In this document: in pieces, positions 1-11,021 of the stretch | Position numbering within the stretch: position 1 is the stretch's first letter | How the letters are laid out: each line of letters opens with the position of its first letter | Assembly: GCA_964016885.1 (NCBI GenBank) | Contig: OZ024742.1 | Location: 274,598,001 to 274,662,000, forward strand | Direction: 5' to 3' | Source of the DNA: Eledone cirrhosa | Taxonomy: Eukaryota | DNA length: 64,000 nucleotides | The notes under the pieces: model-generated | Seen by the model: only the letters and a program-made list of their open reading frames with translations | Database searches by the model: none | What the model was told of the DNA's origin: nothing | Program-made: the position numbers and the translations under genes

Positions 1-512
1 GCTTGTCGGAAGTCTCCGATGTCTTGGGGAATTTTTCTTTTAGTGTCGTGTACATTTTCTGTGTGATGCGAGTGATTTGTATGTGTGGGGGTGGTGTGAA
101 CTTTTGGGTTGTTGTGTTGGCTTTTTCTGTGATGCTGGTGTTGTGTTGGATGTAGTGTAATAATTGCTTGTTGTTCAAATTTAATGCTGTGTAGTGTGTA
201 TCGTTTTGGTTGTTTTGTTTTGTTTCCGTTTGTTGTGGGTATGTTTCTGTTTCGCATTTTGGTGACTTTTGTGGTGTAGGTGATGGTGGTGTTGGGGTTA
301 ATGATGGTGATGGTGTTGGTGTTTGGGTTGATGGGGTTGGTGATGCTGGTGTGGATGGTGGCATATCTGTCCTAACTTTTTTGTTTGTTAATTTATTTGT
401 TTCCCTCTGTATTTTGTTTTTGGAGGGGGAAGGAAGAGAATTTTTTCTTTTTTGGTTCTTTTTTTTTATCTGATACCGTTTCCCACTCCTCGTCGTCACA
501 ATCTGTCTCCAG

Positions 513-2055
513 TTATGATAGGCCGGGGAGTGGAAAATCCTTCACAGGCGTTAGTTTTGGTTGTGGCGTGGTGGATGGTGTAGGCGCTGGTGCTAGTTCT
601 GAAGCGTTGGGTGGTGGTGGTGTTGGTTTTGCTGGTGGTGGTGGTGTTGGTTTTGCTACTGTTGCTGGGGTTGTTGCTGTTATAGTTGCTGTTGTTGCTG
701 CTACAGTTGTTGCTGCCATCTCTGCTACTGGTGGTGTTGATGGTTGTGTCACTGGGGTGGGTAGGAGAGGTGTCCTCAACCTTTTAGCCTGAGGGCAGAA
801 AGCCCTTAGGTGGGTTCCTTCAACACAAACGACACACCTAGGCCTTCTGCCCTCAACAATTACGGTGAGGTGGCTGCCGTCAGTGAGGTCTATTACCTCT
901 GGGATCTCCTCAATGCTTTTTTGGTCCGCTTGGATCAGGAGCTCCATCCCAGATCCGGACCAGTTCTCCTGCTTTTCTTTTGCTATTGCTATTATTTTTG
1001 TGTTGGCTTCGATGCCGGCGAGGACGGCCGCTATTAGCCAGGGAATTTCGATGGCCGGTGGAACGTGGGTCACCCTTATCTTTACGTGTCTCTGGCCACA
1101 ATAGCTTGGGACGAGTGTGAAGTCGTCACTTCTTAATGGGGCCATGGAGTGTTCTCTAGCCTCCTCTGGTGTTTTAAAGAACACGTCCACGGTTCCATAC
1201 TTCTGCCCACGTCTGATGTGGGTTTTTCTTGCCCACACATGTCCCAAAGCTTTTTGGATTTGGGACTCGGATGCCCGTTCCACTCGGCGCGATTTTACAT
1301 TTATTGTTCGATACGACACAGTGCATAGGCGCCGATACTCCATTTTATTAGGTGGGGCATGAGGCTGACCCTGTACCCATCTTTCTTTACAATTTGTTTG
1401 GCATTTTCTAAATCCTCCTGAGTTACCGTAAATGCTTCGAACTGTTTTGCTACTCTGGCAAAACTGAGGGTGGTTTTATTAATGTCATTGTTGTTGTTGT
1501 TGCGATCGTTAATTTTCTTATTATTAATTTTAGTTTCAGTTGTGGTGGTGGTGACGTCAGTCGTCTTTGGTGGGGAAGAGTCCATTTTGCTTGATTTCAT
1601 TTCGACATCACGAGTTAATTTATTTTTTTCTTCTTTTGTTTCTGTTGTCGCGGTGGTGGTGGGGGTGGTGGTTGTCGCGGTGGTGATGGTGGTGGAGGCT
1701 TTAACACCTGCAGTCATTGGTAATGGCGGGAAATGAATGTCTGCCTGAGTCAAATTTAAAATATTGCTACTGCTTATATTTTTTTTAGTGTTGGCAAACG
1801 TAACATTTACAATGGTGGTGTCGGTGTGAGGTGTTAATTTGTGAGAAAGGCTTTCAGCTGCTTGGTGCAGTGGTGAATTAGCCATTTTTTTCAAAGAAAC
1901 TTTTTGATAATCATAAAAGTTTAAATTTTGGGCACAAGGCCCCAATCTTATATATAGTTAACAATAAAAATTTTCCATAAATGGCAATTTTTAACAAACG
2001 GAAATAACAAACCTTTGCGGAGCTCACGATGATACGATTTACTACGTAGGTCGCC
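513..2055 (-). mobile_element. Tx1/L1-like LINE 5' part: 5' UTR plus frameshifted ORF1 (gag-like, zinc knuckle)
   Basis: ORFs 1301..1945 (probable start MANSPLH at ~1885) and 513..1343 overlap in different frames; the second has VIVEGRRPRCVVCVEGTHLRAFCP (CX2CX4HX4C) followed by a Pro/Thr-rich tail. The 5' end abuts the (TAA)n tract at 2056. The element probably continues past base 1. Confidence 0.75.
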
Positions 2056-2089
<34 letters not shown>

Positions 2090-2348
2090 TAAAAAGGATT
2101 TGGAACAGCCATGAAGTCAAAGTGGTCCCGATTGTCATAGGCACACTAGGTACTATCTCAAAAAGTTTCCAGGGATGGTTAAAGAAATTTGGCCCCTTCA
2201 CGCTTTTTGGTACGATTCAAAAGGCATGCTTGCTGGGAACAGCAAGAACCCTCCGATACGTCCTGAATATCTGAGGCTGAAGCTAGTGGCTTGATATTCA
2301 TTTCAACAAACTTTCCAGTTAACTAACATCAATGACTGAGACTCAAAC

Positions 2349-2420
<72 letters not shown>
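2056..2420 (+). mobile_element. 3' fragment (~2088-2350) of R4/Dong-type family B embedded in a (TAA)n microsatellite
   Basis: Sequence matches the family B 3' end at ~14447-14690 (KRIWNSHEVKVVPIVIGTLG...LRYVLNI* plus 3' UTR); (TAA)n on both sides, 2056-2087 and 2351-2420. Confidence 0.9.
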
Positions 2421-2422
<2 letters not shown>

Positions 2423-4680
2423 TTTCATTTATTAGCCACAAGGGCCGACATGTAGGGGACAATACAAAGACAGGGACAGTGGGGGTTTACAATAAGGTCG
2501 AGTAAAAGTGCACAATGGCAAGACTAATTTAACAATGAAAATATAAAATATAAAATAAACTATGCAAAATATAACAAAATAAATTCCCCGATAGGGGGTG
2601 GACGACCCTGGGGTGATTCTGGTACCCCACCAATCCTGAACCACCCTGCGCTTCTAGGGCACCCAGGAGGGCACCCCTCTCCTCAAGTTAGCCAGCCTAT
2701 AGGCGCATGGTCAGAGTAGGCCCATTCACACGAGCCATTCTCGCCACATTCACCCACCTTTTAGCAAATGTACTGGGGGGCAGCACTTCTCTCTCCACCC
2801 TCACCCTCCTTTCCAGGTGAAACTTGAAGAAGTTGATGAGGGATTGGCCGAAGAGAAAAGTGTCTGTCTTTAGTCCTTTCAACCTGGTCCACCATATAAT
2901 CTCTTTCGCAACTGCCACCAGACAGAGGAAAATGTCCTGCTCTTCCTGACCTAAGGAAGGTGGCGGCTCGATCTTCACTATGGACTCGGCCGATAACTGG
3001 ATTCGTTCCACACGCGAGAGTAGCTGTTCGACATAACTCCACAAGTCAGTAATGCACGGACATTGGACAAGTGCGTGCAGAACGGTTTCGTCGTTCTGTG
3101 CGCATCTTGGGCAGGTCCGGCTGACAGCACTTCCGTGCCTGTAGAGTTTATCCCGAACCGGCAGTGCCTCCCGGTAGCACTGCCAAGCGAGGGATTTCTG
3201 GAAATTGTCCATCGTCCCCGGCTCAAAAGTCCTCCGGTACAGACTGGTCAGTTCGACTTCGTCGAGGCCCAAAGCTTCTCCGAGTGCATCATCGCACTTT
3301 CCCACCACTAATCCTCTATAAAACTCGAGAGTGGAAGTTCCACTGATCGCATTGCCCGCTTGGTAGAGGGCAGTGAGTGCCTGGCAACATTCCAGGTGCC
3401 AGTCGCCCAGTCTCGGTCTCTTCTTGACCCAGGACTGCAGCTCAGTCAAAGAAATGAGCTGCGGAAAGGCCCGTCTGATAAACGGCGACCACACCTGTTC
3501 ACCATTGAGGCAGAATATCTGGAGATGTCGCAGCCTCAACGCATGTCTGCGCATCATTAGCCACGGCATGCCCAGCCCTCCGTGTAGAGGGTGCTGGCAG
3601 CAGATGGACCGCCTCACCAACGGAACTTGTCCCCTCCACAAGAATTTGAAGAGGAGCCGTTCCAACTTGACGAGGCGCGGACGGGGGCAAGGCACGACGG
3701 TTAGGCGGTAATAGATGACGGACGCGATGTACGCATTCGCCACCTCCGCGCGACCTTTCAGTGATAGCTTCCTCCCAGCCCATTTTTGGGTGAGACTGGC
3801 TACTCTGCTCGTTACCTCGTCCCAATTCTTTTCCACCTGGAGGTCTGGTCCGAACCAAACCCCGAGCAACTTTACTGGTCCGTCCGTCCAGCACCCCACG
3901 ACGCTGTTGGACGGCATGGGCTTGCCTCTCCAGGTTCCGAGCTGCAAGCCCACCGACTTTTCCGGGTTAAGTTTGGCTCCTGTCAACCTTTCATATTCTT
4001 TCAATAAGGTGCCGACCATCTCGATTTCTGAGGTGTTCGATACCATCACGGTGATGTCGTCCGCATAAGCCGACACCGCCTTTCCACGTCCCGGTTCGAG
4101 CGGGATGCCCTGCAACAGCTCCAGCTTCTGCAGTAAAGGCTCGAGAGTCAATACCTACAGAAGGGAAGAGAGAGGGCACCCTTGACGGACCGATCGGGAG
4201 AGCCGAAATGGTTCCGAGAGGTGGCCATTAACTTTGACCACCGAGCGTGTGCCGCTGTGCATTGCAACGATCCAGCTTCTAAAGACAGGGCCGAAGCCAG
4301 CTGCTTTGAGGACAAACTCCAGATACCGATGGTCGACCATATCGAATGCTTTCGATTGATCTAAATTGATCAGTGCCCCACCGAAGCCAGGTTTACACCC
4401 TACCCTCTCTATGATGTATCGCATGATGTGGAGATTGTCGTGTATGGACCTGGCTGGGATTGCGCAAGTTTGCGCCTCCCCAACCAAATCCTCGACGACA
4501 AGCGCCAATCTCTTTGCTAACACCTTGGCCAAAATCTTAAACTCTGTGTTGAGCAGAGTTATGGGCCTGAAGTTGTCTAATGTATCCCTCTTGTTCTCGT
4601 CTTTCCTTATCAGCGTCACCACTCCCCTGCTCACAGAACTGGGAATACTCCCATTCTGCTGCCAGTTACAGTAGAGTGCT
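2421..4680 (-). mobile_element. 5'-truncated Tx1/L1-like LINE ORF2 (reverse transcriptase plus C-terminal Cys motif) with 3' UTR
   Basis: NFRPITLLNTEFKILAK, LDQSKAFD, VRQGCPLS, AYADD and CPRC...ETVLHALVQC motifs in ORFs 4155..4634 and 2697..4151, same frame separated by one stop; ends in AATAAA then (ATT)n. Confidence 0.92.
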
Positions 4681-4685
4681 TCAAA

Positions 4686-5040
4686 CTCAGATACTACATA
4701 TCACAAAACTCAGTAACGACAACGCCACCTCCGCCACCACTACATCCATCATTGCTACCACTATCCCATCACCGCCGCCCCCACTCCTTCATTGCTACCA
4801 CCACTATTCCCCTGATAACTTGAGAGAGAAAGGGGAAGGTGGCGGTATCACTAGACAAGGGAGAGGCTAGCAAAAGATATAAATAGATTGACTTAGTGAC
4901 CTGGCCACCGGCCAAACGTCAACATCAACAACTATGGCACTGCTGGCTCACTCTTTCCTCACCAACAATATAAAAAGCCCCATCACCACCACGACAGAGC
5001 CAACAACAATAACAGGCAACTTCAGCAAAAAGTATATTAT
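4686..5040 (+). repeat. Unclassified dispersed repeat Y (CAC-rich), second copy at ~15990-16330, weaker relative at ~10620-10910
   Basis: Shared blocks such as TAACTTGAGAGAGAAA and GCTAGCAAAAGATATAAATAGATTGACTT. Confidence 0.75.
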
Positions 5041-5092
5041 ATTATTGTGATGCACTGGGTGATTGCTGGCCTTGTGCCTGGACTGGAGACAA

Positions 5093-5968
5093 TCTATATA
5101 TATAAAACTGTGGTTGTCTGTCTGTCTATCGATTTTTGGCACACATCTCCTCTTAGAATCTCTCACGGAATTGCACCAAAATTGCTATACTTGTACATTG
5201 AGCCCTAGCGAAGACATCGGAAAAAAATATTTCAAATTGACCCACCCTATGTGACGAAATCGAATATAATGTATCGATTTTTGAGCGTAAGTTATCAGTT
5301 ATTTCCCTTTGTTCTGTTTACATTGAGCGTCTTACGTAAAAAATTACGCTGGCTTTCTCAGCGTTTAAAATGACATTAACACAATACACGAAGCTTCCGT
5401 TTTGCTTCATTTCCATTTAAAAGCATTTTAAAACAATATTTTTACTTGAAAACAAGTCTATTTAAAGACTACGTAAAACAAGCAAATATTTCGTCGTTAG
5501 GCGTGCAGACAGACAGTCGTGCAGAGAGGTGATATACGCGTGCAGACAGACAGTCGTGCAGAGAGGTGATATAGGCGTGCAGACAGATAGTCGTGCAGAG
5601 AGGTGATATAGGCGTGCAGACAGACAGTCGTGCAGAGAGGTGATATAGGCGTGCAGACAGACATAACTGATAATTTGGTTACGCTAATGTTTTTCTCTGC
5701 GTTGCAGTGTTTACATTTTCGATCTTTGTTAATAAATAACCAGTGCAGTTTCTATCCCCAGCATCCTCTTTTGTTATAACATTCGGGTTATCGTTATGTT
5801 TTCTTAACTTCATAAGGCATATTGTTGGTTGAGGGAATATTAATCAAAAACACCACATGCAAGTCTGCACAGTAGACACTACAGTTTTTAAGCCAAGAAA
5901 GAAACTTAACATTGTAACTTTAACACAGCTACTGAGCGACCCCGAGCAACGCCGGGCTTTACTGCTAG
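5093..5968 (+). mobile_element. Non-autonomous Helitron
   Basis: 5' TC(TATATATATAAAA), 3' hairpin CCCGAGCAACGCCGGG, terminal CTAG, inserted between A and T with no TSD; the empty site GAGACAA|TTATTAATAATT is present at 16371-16389. Confidence 0.92.
5499..5663 (+). repeat. 37-bp minisatellite (~4.5 copies) inside the Helitron
   Basis: Unit AGGCGTGCAGACAGACAGTCGTGCAGAGAGGTGATAT repeated in tandem. Confidence 0.95.
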
Positions 5969-5974
5969 TTATTA

Positions 5975-8900
5975 ATAATTTCATTCTTAAGCCACGCAAT
6001 GCTCACATTAAGGAACCACTCATGATAATAACAATTTAAAAAAAACAACAAAAAGGAAACCCCATGACCAAGAAATACCGGGATGGCGGCCGGCGGGGAA
6101 TAGCCGTGTCTCTAGGGGAGAACGACCCCTCTAGTCTTGGTTGACACTCGTTCTAGAAGTGGTAACACGAAATGATTACCCCTTGGCGGATAAGGATAAA
6201 ACGCGACAAAATAAAGTAAATGTCTAATGATAAAATCTCATACCGGATCGGCCGTCACCCGGGTAAAAAAGGGCCGCGTCCTTCAGAGAGGAACCAGACT
6301 GGGGTCGAAAAATCAGCTAATGGTTCAAACCTTCCCATCACTTCGGAGCTGGAGACCTCCCATAACCGGAATACTCCTACTGTTGGCCCTCCATGCTCAC
6401 CACCAAGAAATCCAAAGAAAAAGAGAGAAAAATGGTCAAGGGAAGATAATAAAGAACTCCTTGAGGCTTTGTACACTGCCATGTACTACCCATCAAATAC
6501 ATCGAATACAGAACAGACATATATCAACTGGAAAAAGAAACATCCCGAAAACAGAGGCTATATTGACAGTAACAAACTAGCCAATATACGAAGAAATATT
6601 GTAAGAAAAAAGTTACTAACTGATATAGAAATTGATCAGATCAAGCTATTAGCACATAGTCAGCGAAGGGAAAATGAAACACGTGTCAGTAAAAACGAGG
6701 TAAATTGTAACACTTCGAATCCCAGGGTTGGGGCGGAATCACTGGCAGCAGAACAAATTAAAGAAAGGAGCGAAAAAGTGGAGGGAGTGCATGCTCAAGA
6801 TGAAACTCCAAATGAAAATAATGAGATCGTAAATGATAAAGAAATGAATGAGAATGAACTTGCCAACTTGAAGGATGAAATTATGATCGAATGGATGAAA
6901 ATGAAAGAATCTGACATGGGGCAACGAGACACCCTCCCTAAGATCCAGAACTCCAAACAGAACCAAAAGATAATACACAAGACTAACATAATTCTCAAAA
7001 ACATTATCATCACAAACAAACTAAACATTACTGATTTAAATCATCTCTATTATGCATCGGCTAAAGTCACCACTCACTTCTGTGGAGTGAAGATGAAAAA
7101 GCAAAGGAATTCCCACAAGAAATCTACTTGGCAAGAGAACATCAATCGCCAAATAAACCTTCTCCGATCTGACATAGAAATTTTAACAAACTATAAAGTA
7201 GGTGAACATGTTAAACAAACTAAACTTAGAAAATTGAAAAAAAAGTACAGTATAAAATCAACAAGTGACATAGACATGCTGATAGAAATAATCAAGCAAA
7301 AAGTGTCGGCCAAAGCTGCTCGTATAAGGCGCTTTGAAAAACGATCTAGATTCTATAAGGACAATAATATGTTCAAAAACAACCAAAGAAACTTCTACAG
7401 AAAAATTGGTAAGTGGACAATAACTGCTAAATTAATACCACCCAAGGAGGAAGTGCAAGAATTTTAGGAAAAGATCTGGGCCGAAGAAAAAGTTCATAAC
7501 ATACATGCCCCATGGATAGACAGACAAATGAAAGATAGAGCTCACCTTGAGGAACAAATATGGGAAAATATAAAAGTTGAACAGTTGCGCTTGGCTCTAA
7601 GAAAAACCAGCAAATGGAAATCCCCAGGAAAAGACAAAATACAAAACTTTTGGATAAATGCCTTCACAGACTCTCATGAGCTGTCAGCCCAACTTTACAA
7701 TGAAATAGTTAAGGAGCCAGAAAAGATACCATCATGGCTAGTTAACGACATTACATTCCTGCTTCCGAAGAATGATGAGACAAACAATCCCAAAAATTAC
7801 AGACCGATAACTTGCTTGACCACAATGTATAAAATTTTAACATCAGTCCTAACTGAATACACATATGACCACCTGATAACAAATGACCTATTCCCATTGA
7901 GCAGAAAGGGTGTAAACGAGGCTCATGTGGCTGTAAGGATCAGCTTCTGGTTAACAAAATGATACTGGAAGATTGTCATAATAGACGCAAAAATCTATCG
8001 ATTGCTTGGATAGATTATAAAATAGCATTCGATAGTTTGCCACACAGTTGGATTGAAAAATGTTTCGAGATTTTCAAAATATCCCCCGTTGTCAGGAGGT
8101 TTTGTCATTCAGTATGAAGACACGGAAAACGACACTCCTTTTGAATAGTGAAACAAAATCACTGGAAGCTGGAGAAGTTAATATTAATTGTGGAATTTTT
8201 CAGGGTGACTCTTTATCACCGCTTTTATTCTACATCGCACTCATACCATTAAGTAAAATGCTCAATGAAACAAAACATGGATATAAAGTCTATGACAAAA
8301 CCATTAATCACTTGTTCTACATGGATGACCTGAAACTATTTGCAAAAAATGATGAACAATTGCAAGGGCTATTATCCACTGTGGAGCAGTTCAGTGATGA
8401 CATTAAAATGGAGTTTGGACTACATAAATGCGCCAAAGCAACGTTCACCAGAGGATAGCTGCTGAAGAGTTCAGACATTAATCTTGATCGGGGCAACGTG
8501 ATAAGAGAACTTGATCAAGAAAAAACTTACAAATATCTAGGTGTTTGTGAAGGAGACGGAATCAAGCACTCGACAATGAGGGAAAGGATAAGGAAAGAAT
8601 GTTACCGCAGTGTAAGAGCAATCTTAAGAACGGAATTGAATGCAAGGAATAGGATCGATGCCATAAACACGCTTGCCATACCAGTAGTAACCTACAGTTA
8701 CAATGTCATCAACTGGTCAAGCACAGAGATCCGTAGGCTCAATACAAAAATTCGAAAATTCTTAACCATGCACAGAATGCATCACCCTCAGGCAGATATA
8801 GATAGAATATATCTCCCTAGGAAAGAAGGAGGACGTGGGTTAATCCAGTTAGACATTGCGTTGAAAACTGCAACAATTGGATTATCTACATATCTAAGGG

Positions 8901-10010
8901 AATCAAATTATTGGATGATCAAACTCGTTTTGAAACACGAAAGCATCAAAAGATCATATTCCATTACAAAAGATGCACAAAGATACAGTAATGGACTACA
9001 AATATCAGAAGTCCCATTTACTGCTGAAATGGAAAACACAGAAAAAGCAAAGCAGGTAAAAGTAACTGCAAAGAAAGAACTGCTACAGAAACTGGCTAAG
9101 AAATGGCAAGAAAAGCCTCTGTATGGAAAATACCCCGAGCGAGCTAACAATCCTGATGTTGACAAAACTTTAACCCATCAGTGGTTGGCATCCTCTGGAC
9201 TGAAATCGGAGACTGAAGGACTGATTATATCAGCACAAGATCAGTGTCTGCCAACAAAAAATTACCAAGCCAACATAATAAAAAATGGATGCAGCCCATT
9301 ATGCCGTGTATGCAAAAAACAACCAGAGACCATTGACCATATAATTTCAATGTGCAGTCCTATAGCTCCAACCGAATACCTAAACAGGCATGACAGAGCT
9401 GCACAATACATACATTGGATAATGTGTAAGCATTTTGACCTGCCCCATCAAAAGAATTGGTGGGAGCATCAACCACCTCCCATACTTGAAAAAGATCACA
9501 TCTCAATCTTGTGGAACTTTAGCATCCAAACAGACCGAAAAATAGATGCAAATAGACCTGATATAATATTGAAGGACTTTATAAGAGGGTATGCCTGCTA
9601 ATTGATATGTCTGTTCCAATAAACAAGAATGTATCTATAAAAACATTTGAAAAATTGAGCAAGTATAATGACCTGGAGATAGAAATTGGAAAAATGTGGA
9701 AACTGAGAACTAAAACAATACCAGTGGTTGTAGGCGCTCTGGGAATGATATCTAAGGGGTCTAATGATTACTTATCGCAAATCCCAGGAAACCTGCGTAT
9801 AGGAGAAAAACAAAAGATAGTACTAATGGGAACTGCCCATATACTAAGGAAGATTCTGTCAATATAAGTACATCACAAGTCTAAACACTAAAGATGCATG
9901 TGTGAGTATGTATGTTCTTTCTTGAACATGGCGGACCTTGTTGTCTCTTGAGGTCACTGATTGTGACTTGGTGATAACTCGTATGAACATAAAGCAAGAT
10001 AAATGCAACT

Positions 10011-10083
<73 letters not shown>
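5975..10083 (+). mobile_element. R4/Dong-type RLE non-LTR retrotransposon, family A copy 1 (near full length, several stops and frameshifts), (TAA)n tail 10012-10083
   Basis: ORF pieces 6220..9867: Myb-like KWSREDNKELL, WKSPGKD, NYRPITCL, GIFQGDSLSPLLF, FYMDD, CRVC-X8-H-X4-C, RHD, NRPDIIL...EKLSKY restriction-like endonuclease. Confidence 0.93.
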
Positions 10084-10099
10084 GGAAAGAAGACACACA

Positions 10100-10560
10100 T
10101 GGTGGATAGAAGGTCGAGAAATCGCTCCCGTAAGTTTTGATTTTTTAACATATTTAAATCAATTTTTAAATAACAATTCTTAGTACAAATGTAGCATAAA
10201 ACATCCGGCTTGAGTCCCAAAAAATTCGGATCCATAATATATTGTTATATCGCTCAAATATTCAATTTTGTATTATACATTTTATATTCAAAAAAGAAAA
10301 TGGTTATAAATGGAAGAAAACCCCTCTGTCTACACTATATAGAACAGCCAAATAACAGCAATTTCACCAACATCAGAAACTAGATACACCACCTACCCCA
10401 TCACCCCTCTGTGTACAATAAACACAACAGCCAGATAACGGCAATTTCACCACCACCACCACCAATCTCAGCATAATAATAATAATTACTATTGCTATTG
10501 CCTTAAGTTTTAGTTTTAACAAGATGTTTAATTCCAATATTAAGAAAATATGTCAACATA
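10100..10560 (+). repeat. Unclassified repeat X (second copy ~15486-15855), possibly a decayed LINE ORF1
   Basis: Both copies share TTCGGATCCATAT.ATATTGTT.TATCGCTCAAATATTCAATTTTGTATTATA; one frame reads MVINGRKPLCLHY, resembling IVEGRRPRCVVC of the Tx1 ORF1. Confidence 0.6.
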
Positions 10561-11021
10561 TATACGCGACTAACGATAATTTCACTAAAGATAATTTCAC
10601 CACCAACACCACCACCACTACCACAATGAAAACTCTGGTCAAGTCGACTCAAATTTCTACTCCAACTTCAACACCATCACTACAGTAATACGACCACATC
10701 ACCACCACCGCTGCCTCATTATCGCTACCCCCGCTACTCTCTCCCGCTACCTCCTGCTAGTTGCTGCTGGCACAGCACAGCCATCGTCGCCGATGCCTCA
10801 ATATCACTACCGCCGCTATTCTCTCCCGCTACCCCCTGCTACATTGTAGAATTCTCACTAAAAGAGGAAAACATCAAAATATATAAATAGACTGAATTGA
10901 TGACCCGGTCAAAATAAAAAAAATAAAAAAATAAAAATAAAAGCAGCACAGCAACAAGGAAAAACGTAAAGGAAATAAAAATGAAGAGAAAAACAAACGG
11001 ACGGACAGAGAAGGGAAGGGA

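Noticed and set aside
5499-5663. 37-bp repeat resembling a CRISPR repeat in length
   Set aside because: Contiguous tandem units without unique spacers, eukaryotic context, no cas genes; it is a minisatellite in a Helitron.
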